Shown here piece after piece: positions 10,301-18,771 of a stretch of 64,000 nt of DNA (positions are counted from its first letter, which is position 1; each line of letters starts with the position of its first letter). The notes under the pieces are model-generated. The model was given only the letters and a program-made list of their open reading frames with translations. It had not been told where the DNA came from and searched no databases. Both the position numbers and the translations under genes were made by a program. This stretch comes from Oscillospiraceae bacterium (GTDB lineage Bacteria > Bacillota > Clostridia > Oscillospirales > SIG627): NCBI GenBank assembly GCA_015063985.1, contig SVTC01000011.1, forward strand, positions 6,613 through 70,612, read 5' to 3'.

Positions 10301-12951
10301 GTATCTACGCTGATATCGCAGAACAGCTTCCTTATCGTCATTTCACCTATGGTCTGCACCGCACCCGCACAATCCTGCGCCTTTGATGCACCGATGGTAT
10401 ACCTTCTCAGCTGTCTGTAGCAGGGACGGGAGTTGATATGATCAGCCGCACGGCGAACAAGCACCTGACCCTTAGCGGTAAGATTGGTCATCTGGTAATA
10501 CTTGCCGCCAAAAGTAAAGAACTGTCCGGGCAAAAGCTTTTGATATATATGTCCGCAAAGCTCGCTGCCGAGATAATCTCTGTCGCCCTTTTCGTCCTCG
10601 CAAACGTAGCCCGCACTCTTAAGCTCCTTGGTGCATACGCGGATGAACGCCTCGTCGTCGATGAGCAGAGTAACCTCCGCCCTTCCGTTATTGAGGTTGA
10701 AGCGCTCTCCCTCCTTGATAACGGACGCCGATACCTTTTTGCCCTCGAGACAAAGAGTCCTTCCCTGACATTTTGCTACCGCCTCCCTGTAATTCTCGGG
10801 AAGTGTAAGCACCTCGTCAAGAGAAGCAAAATATTTGTATATTTCAAACCAGAGCTGTGATTTGATGTCGTAGACCTCTATTCCCAGCAGCTCAAGATCC
10901 TTTTTGATCTGCTCGGAATCCGTCTGGTGACGGCAGATGGCAAGCAAGGCACCCAGAACCGTGTTTCTCTCCGTTCTGGTGTGATCTGCCACAATGTAGG
11001 GTATCGCCTTTGCGTCGGCAGTAAATACTCTATCGTTTGCCGCCATATAATCCTTCAGAAGATAATCGCCGCCGATAACGTTGACAAATCCCTGAGAGGT
11101 AGCTCTCGTCGAGAAATCCCTGAGGATCTCAAACATATTAAAGCTCTCATCCTCTACGGTGATATAGGCGTTCTTCTGCTTTGTTGCACTCCACATTCCG
11201 TCGGTGCAGGAGAAGTGATCGTCCATAGCCTCCTGAGAGGTGGGCAATCCGGCATATTTTGTAAGCTCGTAGTAATACTGCTTTGCTATCCAGCGCATAT
11301 CCTTCACGGGGAATGCCTCGCCGCCGTACCATTTGGTGTGGCTGACCTGGTTTTTCAGCGCCGCAAAGCTCAATTCGGTGCCGATTCCCAGATATCTGGA
11401 AACGTTGGGAACAAGACGGTGGTGCAGATGCTCCTCGCCGTTTTCCCAGCACATATAACTGCAGGTACCCTTGTGCTTATCGGTTGCAAAGACCTCGGTA
11501 ATGTCAGTCATCAGGATGTGGCTCATGGCGTCCACCAGTCCGTCGCTGTTTTTGTCGCAAAGACAAAATACCGTTTTCTTGTCTTCCTCGTCCTCCTTGA
11601 TCTTCTTCACAAGAAGGTTCAAGCCTATCTGAGCCGTGCTTACAAGCTTAGTGGGCTCAATTACCACACAGAAGCTTACCTTTTTTATAAAGTCGGAGTT
11701 GGCGTTTCTCAGCTTGTGGTCAAGCACCTGAGATCTGGTTACTATACCGATATCAAGATCCTTTTCCTTGTCCCCGAGAACGCCGATCCTCCACATAAAC
11801 GGAAGCCCCGTAACGGACTCGATACCCTTCTCCAGCCAGGAGATGATCTCCTCCTCCACAGAGTGGCGTCCCAGCACGACCAAAACCTTTGAATGGGCAA
11901 GAAGCGCCTTGTTCATAGGATAGAAGGCATAGGGTATGAGATCGTTATAAAAGGGGTTGTTGAAGAGCACGCTCCTTCCGTTGCAAAGCTCGTTGGAGGC
12001 ATTGATGTAGTTTCTGTCCAGCTCCACTCCCTTGCGGTTGAGCTTATCGTAGAACAATGCGAAGTTCACCGTTGACTGATCGGAGCTGTTGCCCAGCTCC
12101 TTGATAAGATCTCCCACGGTCAGCTCTCCGGAAAAAGAGTTATCTACAGTGGTATTCTCGCTTAACAGTCTGTCGGAGAAAAGATTGCGCAGGAACTTTC
12201 TTATCAGAGAATAGTTTACTGTCTTGTAGGCATCCTCGTCCTCTCCGATTATATCCACCGTATATTCCCTTTGGGTGGCACCGTCCAGGAAGAAATACAA
12301 TTCTCCGATGATGATAACACCGAATACCGGATAAAAAACACTTTCCAGCAGTCCGTTATAGAACAAATAGCGGCTGATGATCATAAGACCAACGCCCATC
12401 ACTACGGAGGTCCAGTAAAAAACCTTCAAAAAGCTTCTTGCCTGGGCATAGCTGTCCTTCAGGCACCAAACCGATTTCTGGGAAAAGAAGCCGTAAAACT
12501 CCTTGGATATCCTGTCAAAGATAAAGGTTCCCGGAGCTATCCTCTTCTTCATTATTCTCAAAGCTATCTTTTTGATTATGATATATATTCCCAGCAATGC
12601 CGCATTGGCAAGATAGAACACCCAGAACTTAAGATCCAATCCCGCTATCACAGACCTTATAAGATCTGCAAGCCAATTGAATGCCGAAGCCAAAAAGCCG
12701 GGCATCCACGAGAAGGAGGCAGGAGCCGCTATCCATCCGCTGAGAGAATTAAGAAGCCACATTATCAAAGAGCAGACAAAGCCGTTGATCCATGCCGCAA
12801 TGGGAATATAGATCAAGGCCACTACCACCGTCAGGGGCTGTCTGGCTCTGTCGGTCTTGTCAAGATTTGCCTTGTGGTTCTTTCTGCACAACCATATAAA
12901 GGGAAGAGAGATCAATAAAAGCTTTAAAAGCATTATTAAAAAATCAATCAT
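7303..12951 (-). CDS. 1882-aa polytopic membrane protein with Lys-rich/PEEPK linker, zinc ribbon, HExxH zincin-like module and transglutaminase-like cysteine-peptidase core
   Basis: This is one uninterrupted ORF. About six hydrophobic helices lie in aa 1-230, and no motif is recognised in aa 230-1040. A KKTKKKDKKKDKKDKK stretch and about 15 PEEPK units follow (DNA 9436-9669). Next come CDFCGC...CLCC (DNA about 9063-9150) and HELTH (8779-8793) with EGMAKWAE downstream. The C-terminal core is C-H-D: AVCAGYA (Cys codon 7867-7869), THAWN (His 7789-7791) and HLDTTWGD (Asp 7744-7746). The start overlaps the upstream stop by 8 nt. Confidence 0.85.
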   Translation of the reverse strand: MIDFLIMLLKLLLISLPFIWLCRKNHKANLDKTDRARQPLTVVVALIYIPIAAWINGFVCSLIMWLLNSLSGWIAAPASFSWMPGFLASAFNWLADLIRSVIAGLDLKFWVFYLANAALLGIYIIIKKIALRIMKKRIAPGTFIFDRISKEFYGFFSQKSVWCLKDSYAQARSFLKVFYWTSVVMGVGLMIISRYLFYNGLLESVFYPVFGVIIIGELYFFLDGATQREYTVDIIGEDEDAYKTVNYSLIRKFLRNLFSDRLLSENTTVDNSFSGELTVGDLIKELGNSSDQSTVNFALFYDKLNRKGVELDRNYINASNELCNGRSVLFNNPFYNDLIPYAFYPMNKALLAHSKVLVVLGRHSVEEEIISWLEKGIESVTGLPFMWRIGVLGDKEKDLDIGIVTRSQVLDHKLRNANSDFIKKVSFCVVIEPTKLVSTAQIGLNLLVKKIKEDEEDKKTVFCLCDKNSDGLVDAMSHILMTDITEVFATDKHKGTCSYMCWENGEEHLHHRLVPNVSRYLGIGTELSFAALKNQVSHTKWYGGEAFPVKDMRWIAKQYYYELTKYAGLPTSQEAMDDHFSCTDGMWSATKQKNAYITVEDESFNMFEILRDFSTRATSQGFVNVIGGDYLLKDYMAANDRVFTADAKAIPYIVADHTRTERNTVLGALLAICRHQTDSEQIKKDLELLGIEVYDIKSQLWFEIYKYFASLDEVLTLPENYREAVAKCQGRTLCLEGKKVSASVIKEGERFNLNNGRAEVTLLIDDEAFIRVCTKELKSAGYVCEDEKGDRDYLGSELCGHIYQKLLPGQFFTFGGKYYQMTNLTAKGQVLVRRAADHINSRPCYRQLRRYTIGASKAQDCAGAVQTIGEMTIRKLFCDISVDTPGYFRMDRYNDFAKAKRVIFSEESPIPQRVYRNKEVLCVELPELSGSLTDSVCYTMTLLFNEVFRTLFAENSHYISAVCGVKGKEDHPLTYSLESESEELKKNCIYFIEDSQLDLGLTVAVERNLERIMKIVCDYISWHNDTLEESLAPKPEPLPPIEFEPLPEDGEEPEKEEKDKKKTKKKDKKKDKKDKKSLWQRIKEFFASIFKKKSKPEEPKPEEPKPEEPKPEEPKPEEPKPEEPKPEEPKPEEPKPEEPKPEEPKPEEPEPEGPKPEEPKPEEPKPEEPKPEEAHADEPLLPNEKPFEAEQESDSEDEEEMFKRKPYEKRYYLLYGGSFEPEDVDAPATLEYLCRLGMDSSSLRQVRESGDIAAAVEASYRPGKPDVRYCDFCGCEIYGVEYETLGDGRDRCLCCSRSAIKTVDEFRQLFEDVKRNMEAFFGIRIDVGIKVSTVNTATLNKKLGKAFIPSPKTDGRVLGVAIKDKSGYTLMVENSAPRMAAALTVCHELTHIWQYLNFNDKAIKKTYGKKLYLEVYEGMAKWAEIQYAYLINEPAAAKRRELITAFRNDEYGRGFLRYKANYGFSLGTVITKPTPFMNPKLPLEPEYCGNVSYTVPAETTPLPKPVPKKRKEPIEDTSSLKGPAKRIAGEPERYCYSLLDEVEKKLYDAILDALTSFKTCIEPLPAELPKERVFRAVHYVTNDHPEIFWYNQGCSVRLNVATGLVKALEFKYCMTREEADKRNAVIDKAIKPFLSSVDSTMSDYEVTLRVYENIIKLVDYDTISLEKQEKREYKVTEPDDLRSIWGVFADKKAVCAGYAKATQYLLNLLGISCVYVTSDTHAWNVVKLEGEYYHLDTTWGDHSNTDKKKNVSDRISYALFCVTDKYITALPDHIPEDELPLPKCTATKCNYFVRNGLYFEEFSFEAVRDIVCKRISASKLYVQLSFANDGVFKDTFEALVTKKRIGEIIKYYNLSKTLRLKGSYSYVYDEQKRVITLIFNAF
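9436..9669 (-). repeat. 15-bp in-frame tandem repeat encoding (PEEPK)n, about 15 units
   Basis: The plus strand reads cttgggctcctcggg-like units back to back. Unit-to-unit differences are mostly third-position synonymous (AAG/AAA; CCC/CCA/CCG/CCT). One variant pair encodes PEEPEPEGPK. Confidence 0.95.
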
Positions 12952-14974
12952 AAAGCTCCTCCCTTGTCAATTCAATAGCTTCAATATAATCTATAGGAAG
13001 CTTGATGGCATTACCCTTGTAAAGATACTCCGTCATGCCCGGCTTTGCCACCTCGTTTATCCCAAAGCTATATCTGCGATTTTGGGTAAAGTCGTACAAA
13101 AACGGCTCGGCATCCGGAAGCTTGCCCTTACGAAGCTTAATGCTCTTGTAGAAAACGTTTTGAGTTTTATATATTTGCGCGCTGATATAATGCTCGTGCT
13201 TTTTAAGTATCCCCAATCTTTCGTTGCGGTCGTGCTCGCATGCATTGATAACGGAATGCTCCCTCATCACGTTGCAGGTGGAGCTGAGGTAATTTCCAAA
13301 GGATTCAAGATATCCCTTCACTCCGGAAATTATACCGCCGATAACGTAATTGAAATGCTTAAAGCTATCCACGAGCCTCTTTTTAAACAGCCGCAAGGCA
13401 ATATACCCCGCACCCAAGAATACCAGAAGCGCTCCGGCGGTAAGACATATATTAGTCATTACCGCGGCAACCGAGCCGGTGTTGGTGAAAAGCAAGGGCA
13501 AAAAGCCTATAAAATAAGCCGCCAATGCCACAGATCCGATCACAACGGTCTTCTTCCTGGTCATTCGCTTTGATATCATCCTGCGAATGCGCTTATCCGC
13601 CTCCTCGACCTGCTCTCTGCTCTCCTTACCGTCGAAAAGCCCCGGCTCGGAAAGCTTGACCGCCTTTTCCTCCTCCTCAAGGAGTCTGATGCTGACGTCC
13701 TCCAGCTGATACTCGTTCAAAGCACCTGCTCTGTCGTCGTCAATAAAGCTCTTGCTTCTCAAGGTAACCGTGGTAGCGGTCTTTACGGCTCTTTTGGGCT
13801 CGCGAAGATACTTCACCAGCTCCTTACGGATACGCTGATACTGATCGTCCCAGAAGCGCTGCTCGTCCTTGGGGCAGTTTTTGGACATTCCTATGCCCTT
13901 GTAGGAGCAGTAAAGCTCCTTGGTATCGAATTCACTGTCCACCTCGACGGGTATATACTCATCGGAGATAAACAGCTCCTCCACCGTTTTACGGCTTAAT
14001 GCCTCCTTCTTAAGCTGAGCTATTCTTGACTGCGCTCCCTTGACGTTTCTCAGGGTAGCATAGAGCTTGGCAAGGTAGCCGTAGCAAAAATCAGCCATTC
14101 TTTCCTTATGCAGCTTAAGTGCAAGTCTGTATACCCTATCCTGTCTGAAGCAGTCGTCGGGCTGCTCGTTCACGCAAAGAATAAGCACAAGACTCAAAAA
14201 CTCAAACCAATCGCTCTCTACACGCTCTCCCTTTACGTAAGTAACGTCACTCAACACAAAGCGAAGCTTGTCAGAATAATAGTTTTCTTGGACAAAACGG
14301 CTGTATTCGTGCTCTTCGCCGCTGTTCCAAGCGTTTTTGCAGGCTCTGATGTCATCCACACAGATCCTTTCCGCGAAGGCAATAAGCTCTGCGGGCTTTC
14401 TTTTCAGCTCGCCCTCACAGCAAAAATGCTTTTTAAAGAACAGACTTTTTTCAACCGCCTGCCTCTCAAGCTCAAGCTCAAGAGGATCTACGCCCTTTTC
14501 CTTAAGACCCTCAAAATATCCCGGATCGTCAATATCTCCCAAGGATGCATATTCCTCGGAAAGATCCACCAGCTCGGTGGAGGGAGTCCCCGAAAGCCAA
14601 AGAGAGAGCTTTGCCAGAGGATTGTCCAGAGATGCCTCCCTGGCCATCCTCTTGGCCTCGCGGTATTGAAGCACGTCCTCCCCGTTTGCCAAAACGGGCA
14701 TAGAGCTGTCCGTTTTGACAAAATCAAAGGGGTTCTGTTGTGAAAGCAGCTCGGAAGAAAAGATGGTTGCATCAGCTATAGCAACTGCGCGCCATTTAGG
14801 CTTGTCAGCTATTATGCCCTTCAGATCGGGCAGAGCTTCATCCAAAGTATCCGCGTCCGGTCTCCAATAGCAAAAGGCATATTCCTTGCTCTTCATATAC
14901 GGTGCAAGAAACTCGCCGTAAGTTTGCTTACAGCTCTGCCCGAATGCTTCGGAGCATATAATTACCGTGAACAC
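12944..14974 (-). CDS. 676-aa hypothetical protein with two adjacent transmembrane helices (operon member)
   Basis: Long ORF on the operon strand. Hydrophobic segments VVIGSVALAAYFIGFLPLLF and VMTNICLTAGALLVFLGAGYIAL lie near aa 480-530. I recognise no catalytic motif. Its stop overlaps the start of the 1882-aa gene (ATGATTGA). Confidence 0.8.
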   Translation of the reverse strand: MFTVIICSEAFGQSCKQTYGEFLAPYMKSKEYAFCYWRPDADTLDEALPDLKGIIADKPKWRAVAIADATIFSSELLSQQNPFDFVKTDSSMPVLANGEDVLQYREAKRMAREASLDNPLAKLSLWLSGTPSTELVDLSEEYASLGDIDDPGYFEGLKEKGVDPLELELERQAVEKSLFFKKHFCCEGELKRKPAELIAFAERICVDDIRACKNAWNSGEEHEYSRFVQENYYSDKLRFVLSDVTYVKGERVESDWFEFLSLVLILCVNEQPDDCFRQDRVYRLALKLHKERMADFCYGYLAKLYATLRNVKGAQSRIAQLKKEALSRKTVEELFISDEYIPVEVDSEFDTKELYCSYKGIGMSKNCPKDEQRFWDDQYQRIRKELVKYLREPKRAVKTATTVTLRSKSFIDDDRAGALNEYQLEDVSIRLLEEEEKAVKLSEPGLFDGKESREQVEEADKRIRRMISKRMTRKKTVVIGSVALAAYFIGFLPLLFTNTGSVAAVMTNICLTAGALLVFLGAGYIALRLFKKRLVDSFKHFNYVIGGIISGVKGYLESFGNYLSSTCNVMREHSVINACEHDRNERLGILKKHEHYISAQIYKTQNVFYKSIKLRKGKLPDAEPFLYDFTQNRRYSFGINEVAKPGMTEYLYKGNAIKLPIDYIEAIELTREELYD

Positions 14975-15024
14975 TGTTTCACCTTCCTTTGTCTAAAGTC
15001 GCGGGTCTGATCCCGCAGCCCTTA

Positions 15025-18000
15025 TCACAGAGCCTGAAGATCGTGACCGTTGGGCAGAAGCTGATCGACCAAGCGCTTGATGCACTTATGGATAGCAACA
15101 AGAGCATCGTTGCTTTCGGCGGGAACACCCATAGACAGGAATTCTCCCACCTCGGCAGATCTATAGTTTTCAAGAAGCAGATTGTGCTGCTTGACCACGA
15201 TCTGTGCCATATGGATCTTAACGTCATTGGACTTCTCCTTGGCAGAGATCTGGTGCTCGATGGCGTTGATTATAGCCTCGGTCATGGAACGGATCTCGTC
15301 CACGTCCTCGGATACCATCAGAGAATTGTAATAAATGATCGGGATCTCAAATACGGAGGTCGGTCTTGCATCACTGTTGGCAAGCTCGGGGATATTGGCA
15401 TCGTGGAACATCTTCCTTCTGGAAAGACCTGCCAAAGCCTTTGCAAAGTTGGAGTTATTAAATCCGGCACGGCTTCTTCTGTCCTCCTCGCGCTGCTTCT
15501 CTGCAATGCACTTGATGGACTTAACGGCCGCACGGTCAAAGTAAAGACTGTCAAGCACCTCGTCAAACTTATCGCAGAGAGTTCCGTTACTTACGGTAAA
15601 GTTCTTGGGATTATCATGCTCGTCATAGTAACGGTATACAAGAGTTCTGTCATCGTACGCAGAGGGCTGATATCTCTGGATGGTGTTGTAGATAAAGCCG
15701 TAGAAGAACGCCTGATGGATATCCTGCATCAGATGTGTCTGATAATCCAGATCAAGCTCGGGCATAACGGAAATGGAGTTCCAGCTCTTGTCGATATGGG
15801 GAGTGATAAGAGCATTGAGCTTGCAATCGGGGCCGATGTTCTCCATATACTCCTGGTAGCTTGTGAAATAGTCGCCAACCTCAACGTTGCTGTCGATAGA
15901 GGCAATATCCACGCACTTGCTCAGCTCATCCTTGTCCATAGAGGGGCTGCAGAGCTTGGCAAGCTGAATGGGAGTCAGACCGTAAACGGAGCGGAAGAAG
16001 TGGAGCTCATACTTGGAAATGGAGGGAGCTGAGTTCTTTTCCTCGAGAAGCTTGTTGACCTGCACTCCGGAGAAGTCACAAAGCTTATCGCTGTATGCAA
16101 TGGCATTGACCTCTCTCTCCTCGTCAAAGTCGTTCTTACTGATAGAGGGAGCGGCAAGGTTCTTACCTCTGTTAAGCATCTTTACGATGTAGTTGAGGAC
16201 CTCCTCGTTCTTTCCTCTGAGAGCTCTGAAGCGATTCTTCTTTTCGTCGCTTTCGCTCTGCGCGATCTTCAGATCGCAGCTTGTTTCGTATTCAAGCTTC
16301 ATAGCCTGAAGAATATCCTTGTCGATAACGTTGTCGCAGACCTTTTCCACTGCTTCCTTGTAGGAATTGATGATGACGTCGTCGAAAATGTCAATAGCCA
16401 CCTCGGAGGAAAATTCGTCGAACATATTCATTTCGTCTATAAGGGTGTTCTCACAGATGGCCTTGAAGATATCGGCGTAAAGCTGATCGGTAGAGCCCTC
16501 TCCCTTTGCGGGATTTGCTCTCTTTGCCAAAAGCTCGAGATATTCCTTCTTACCGAAGAGATTGTATACACAGTCACCGGTCTTGTACTTGAGCTCGCCG
16601 ATTATATCGTCACGCATCTTCTCGATGGTAAACACCTTGGACTGGAATGCATTGTAGAACTTCTCGTAGGTGTCGCAGATCATATCCACGCGCTTGAGAG
16701 CGATGGAGATGATAACGGAGTTTACAAGCTTGGTATATGCATCCTTGACCTCCTCGTAGAAGGAGTTGAGCTTCTTACGGCAGAAGGCGATCTCCTCTGC
16801 GTTCTTTTCCTGCTGACCCTCGTTCTTCTTGGATGCCATCATATCGATGGAGATACACATCTGGCTGAGGTTGGTCTCGTTTCCGCCTACGCCCTTGATG
16901 TTGAATTCCTTCTGCTTTTCGGGATCCTGAGGATTGATAATAGCATTGATGGTAGAGGAAAGCTCCGCTCTTTCGGGGGGAAGGTTCTTCTTCTGAGCCT
17001 CCTTCAAATATGCACTGAGCTTGTAAAGCAGGTATCTTGCGGCGTTGGGATGCATTGCACGGTTTCCGCCGGAGAGATATGCTCCCAGTCTGTGGGGCTC
17101 AAGAGTCTTGCCGATAATATCCTCGCTCTCGAAGAGCTCCTTGATAAAGCTCTCGGTCATCTTCTTGATCTTACCGGAATGGTCGATAAATCGGCTGAGA
17201 CGGTCAACGTCGCTGAAGGCCTTTGCATACTGACCTATCATGGGGCTTACACTGTCGGCAAACTGATCCATCTTGTCCTTGTAGCTGGTCAGATCCTCCT
17301 CACTGAGAGTAAGGTTGGAGCCGATAATATTCTTCGCTCTTGTGGAGATCGCCTCAAAATATTCCTTTGCAGCCTCCTCCATGCAAGCTGTGAAGGGATC
17401 GCCGTCGTCGCCTGCAACTGCCGGCTTATTCTTCAGAAGGTCTGCCTTTCTTTCCAAAAAGTCCTTCTTCAGATCAAGAGTAAACTGATCGCTTCCGGTC
17501 TCCACGTAGCTTACGTAGCGGTCTCTGAGCTTGGGCTCGTCGTTGGACGCCATGGGATCGTTCATCCACTTGGTGTATTCCTTGTTGAACTTGTTATCGT
17601 AGATCATCCAGGATCTTTCGATGGCCTTTTCTCTCTGCTCGTCGGTCATATCCTTGGCAGAGGAAACGCCCATTATGGAGTTCTGCGCCCAATCCAATGC
17701 TATGTAGTCCCTGATCTTCTCATAGGGATAACGGATGATAGCCGCGCCTGCTCCGCCAAAACGGCATCTGCCCAGCTTTTCGGGGTTGGAGAATTCCTTT
17801 ATAACGTTATCCTCCTTGCTGTTTGCGGAGGATTTCATGGGTCCTATGGTCTGCTCGTAGATACACTGAGCCGCATAGTTCTCATACTGCTTGAGGTTGC
17901 CCATATTCTTTTGGTTGGAGTCGCTTCTCTCCAGAAGGAACAGGAAGTCGAAGGGAAGGTTGGAAAGATTCTCCATTCCGTTGCCGGAGGGAACGCTGAT

Positions 18001-18747
18001 GTGCAGATCCTTATATCTCTTCAGTCTGGGCTCGTACTCGAAGGCGTTGGATGCCTTCATCATAAAGGCGTTGATCTCCTTTATGGTGGCGTAGCCGTTT
18101 CTTCTCTGGCTCTTTCTTTCGCTGGCGGAATCGATAACGGTATCCATAACGCTGGGCATTACGATAAATCCGCGGATTATAGCGGCAGATTCGGGATAGT
18201 TGTTCTTAAGATACTGACGGATGAGCATTGCAACGGGCAGAGTGATACCGGAGCCTGTTCCGCCGGTGGAGGTGGAGGCGATGATGACCTTCACGGCTCT
18301 GTTTTTATCGGAGCCGTTTTTCATATAAAGGCTGTCGATAGCCTTGTACAAAGCGGCGATCTTGCCCTGCTTGATGGTGGCGTTAAGAGCAAGACGGCTG
18401 ATGGCTCTGACCTGACCGGCGCCCTCGCTTACGGTCTTACCGTCCAGGATCTTGTTCTCGGGGAACCACTCGTTCTTGGCAACGGTGTCGTTTCTCAGAT
18501 AAGCGGCAACGCTTCTGGAGGAGGAGGTCTGGATAGCAACGATGCTGGGGCCGTTTTCTATCCTCTCAAGGTCGTTAACGTCGGTATCCATGGTAACGAA
18601 CTGAACGTTCTCCAAGGAATCATATACACAGCGCTCTCTCACGCCCTTGATGATCCTTGATCCTATACCGCCGAGTCCGACAAACAGAGTCGCTTCCACT
18701 TTGTTGGGTTGAAGTCTTTCTTTTTTCATGTTTTGTTCCTCTTTCAT
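15025..18747 (-). CDS. 1240-aa protein with N-terminal tubulin/FtsZ-superfamily GTPase-like domain and about 900-aa helical extension
   Basis: Three motifs fit the superfamily: FVGLGGIGSRI (T1-like GxGxxG), SEGAGQVRAISR (FtsZ T3-like GAG...R) and IIASTSTGGTGSGI (core of the tubulin signature GGTGSG, DNA 18247-18264). The true start is probably the second ATG at 18729, which follows AAAGAGGAA. Confidence 0.75.
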   Translation of the reverse strand: MKEEQNMKKERLQPNKVEATLFVGLGGIGSRIIKGVRERCVYDSLENVQFVTMDTDVNDLERIENGPSIVAIQTSSSRSVAAYLRNDTVAKNEWFPENKILDGKTVSEGAGQVRAISRLALNATIKQGKIAALYKAIDSLYMKNGSDKNRAVKVIIASTSTGGTGSGITLPVAMLIRQYLKNNYPESAAIIRGFIVMPSVMDTVIDSASERKSQRRNGYATIKEINAFMMKASNAFEYEPRLKRYKDLHISVPSGNGMENLSNLPFDFLFLLERSDSNQKNMGNLKQYENYAAQCIYEQTIGPMKSSANSKEDNVIKEFSNPEKLGRCRFGGAGAAIIRYPYEKIRDYIALDWAQNSIMGVSSAKDMTDEQREKAIERSWMIYDNKFNKEYTKWMNDPMASNDEPKLRDRYVSYVETGSDQFTLDLKKDFLERKADLLKNKPAVAGDDGDPFTACMEEAAKEYFEAISTRAKNIIGSNLTLSEEDLTSYKDKMDQFADSVSPMIGQYAKAFSDVDRLSRFIDHSGKIKKMTESFIKELFESEDIIGKTLEPHRLGAYLSGGNRAMHPNAARYLLYKLSAYLKEAQKKNLPPERAELSSTINAIINPQDPEKQKEFNIKGVGGNETNLSQMCISIDMMASKKNEGQQEKNAEEIAFCRKKLNSFYEEVKDAYTKLVNSVIISIALKRVDMICDTYEKFYNAFQSKVFTIEKMRDDIIGELKYKTGDCVYNLFGKKEYLELLAKRANPAKGEGSTDQLYADIFKAICENTLIDEMNMFDEFSSEVAIDIFDDVIINSYKEAVEKVCDNVIDKDILQAMKLEYETSCDLKIAQSESDEKKNRFRALRGKNEEVLNYIVKMLNRGKNLAAPSISKNDFDEEREVNAIAYSDKLCDFSGVQVNKLLEEKNSAPSISKYELHFFRSVYGLTPIQLAKLCSPSMDKDELSKCVDIASIDSNVEVGDYFTSYQEYMENIGPDCKLNALITPHIDKSWNSISVMPELDLDYQTHLMQDIHQAFFYGFIYNTIQRYQPSAYDDRTLVYRYYDEHDNPKNFTVSNGTLCDKFDEVLDSLYFDRAAVKSIKCIAEKQREEDRRSRAGFNNSNFAKALAGLSRRKMFHDANIPELANSDARPTSVFEIPIIYYNSLMVSEDVDEIRSMTEAIINAIEHQISAKEKSNDVKIHMAQIVVKQHNLLLENYRSAEVGEFLSMGVPAESNDALVAIHKCIKRLVDQLLPNGHDLQAL

Positions 18748-18771
18748 ATTTTATTTTTTTGAAAATATTGT

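Noticed and set aside
7303-14974. Search for a P-loop/Walker A or helicase motifs in the 676-aa and 1882-aa proteins (for example VLVVLGRHS and FCVVIEPTK)
   Set aside because: No GxxxxGK[ST] motif is present, and the helicase-like resemblance is too weak to support. The tubulin-like protein remains the only NTPase candidate in the operon.
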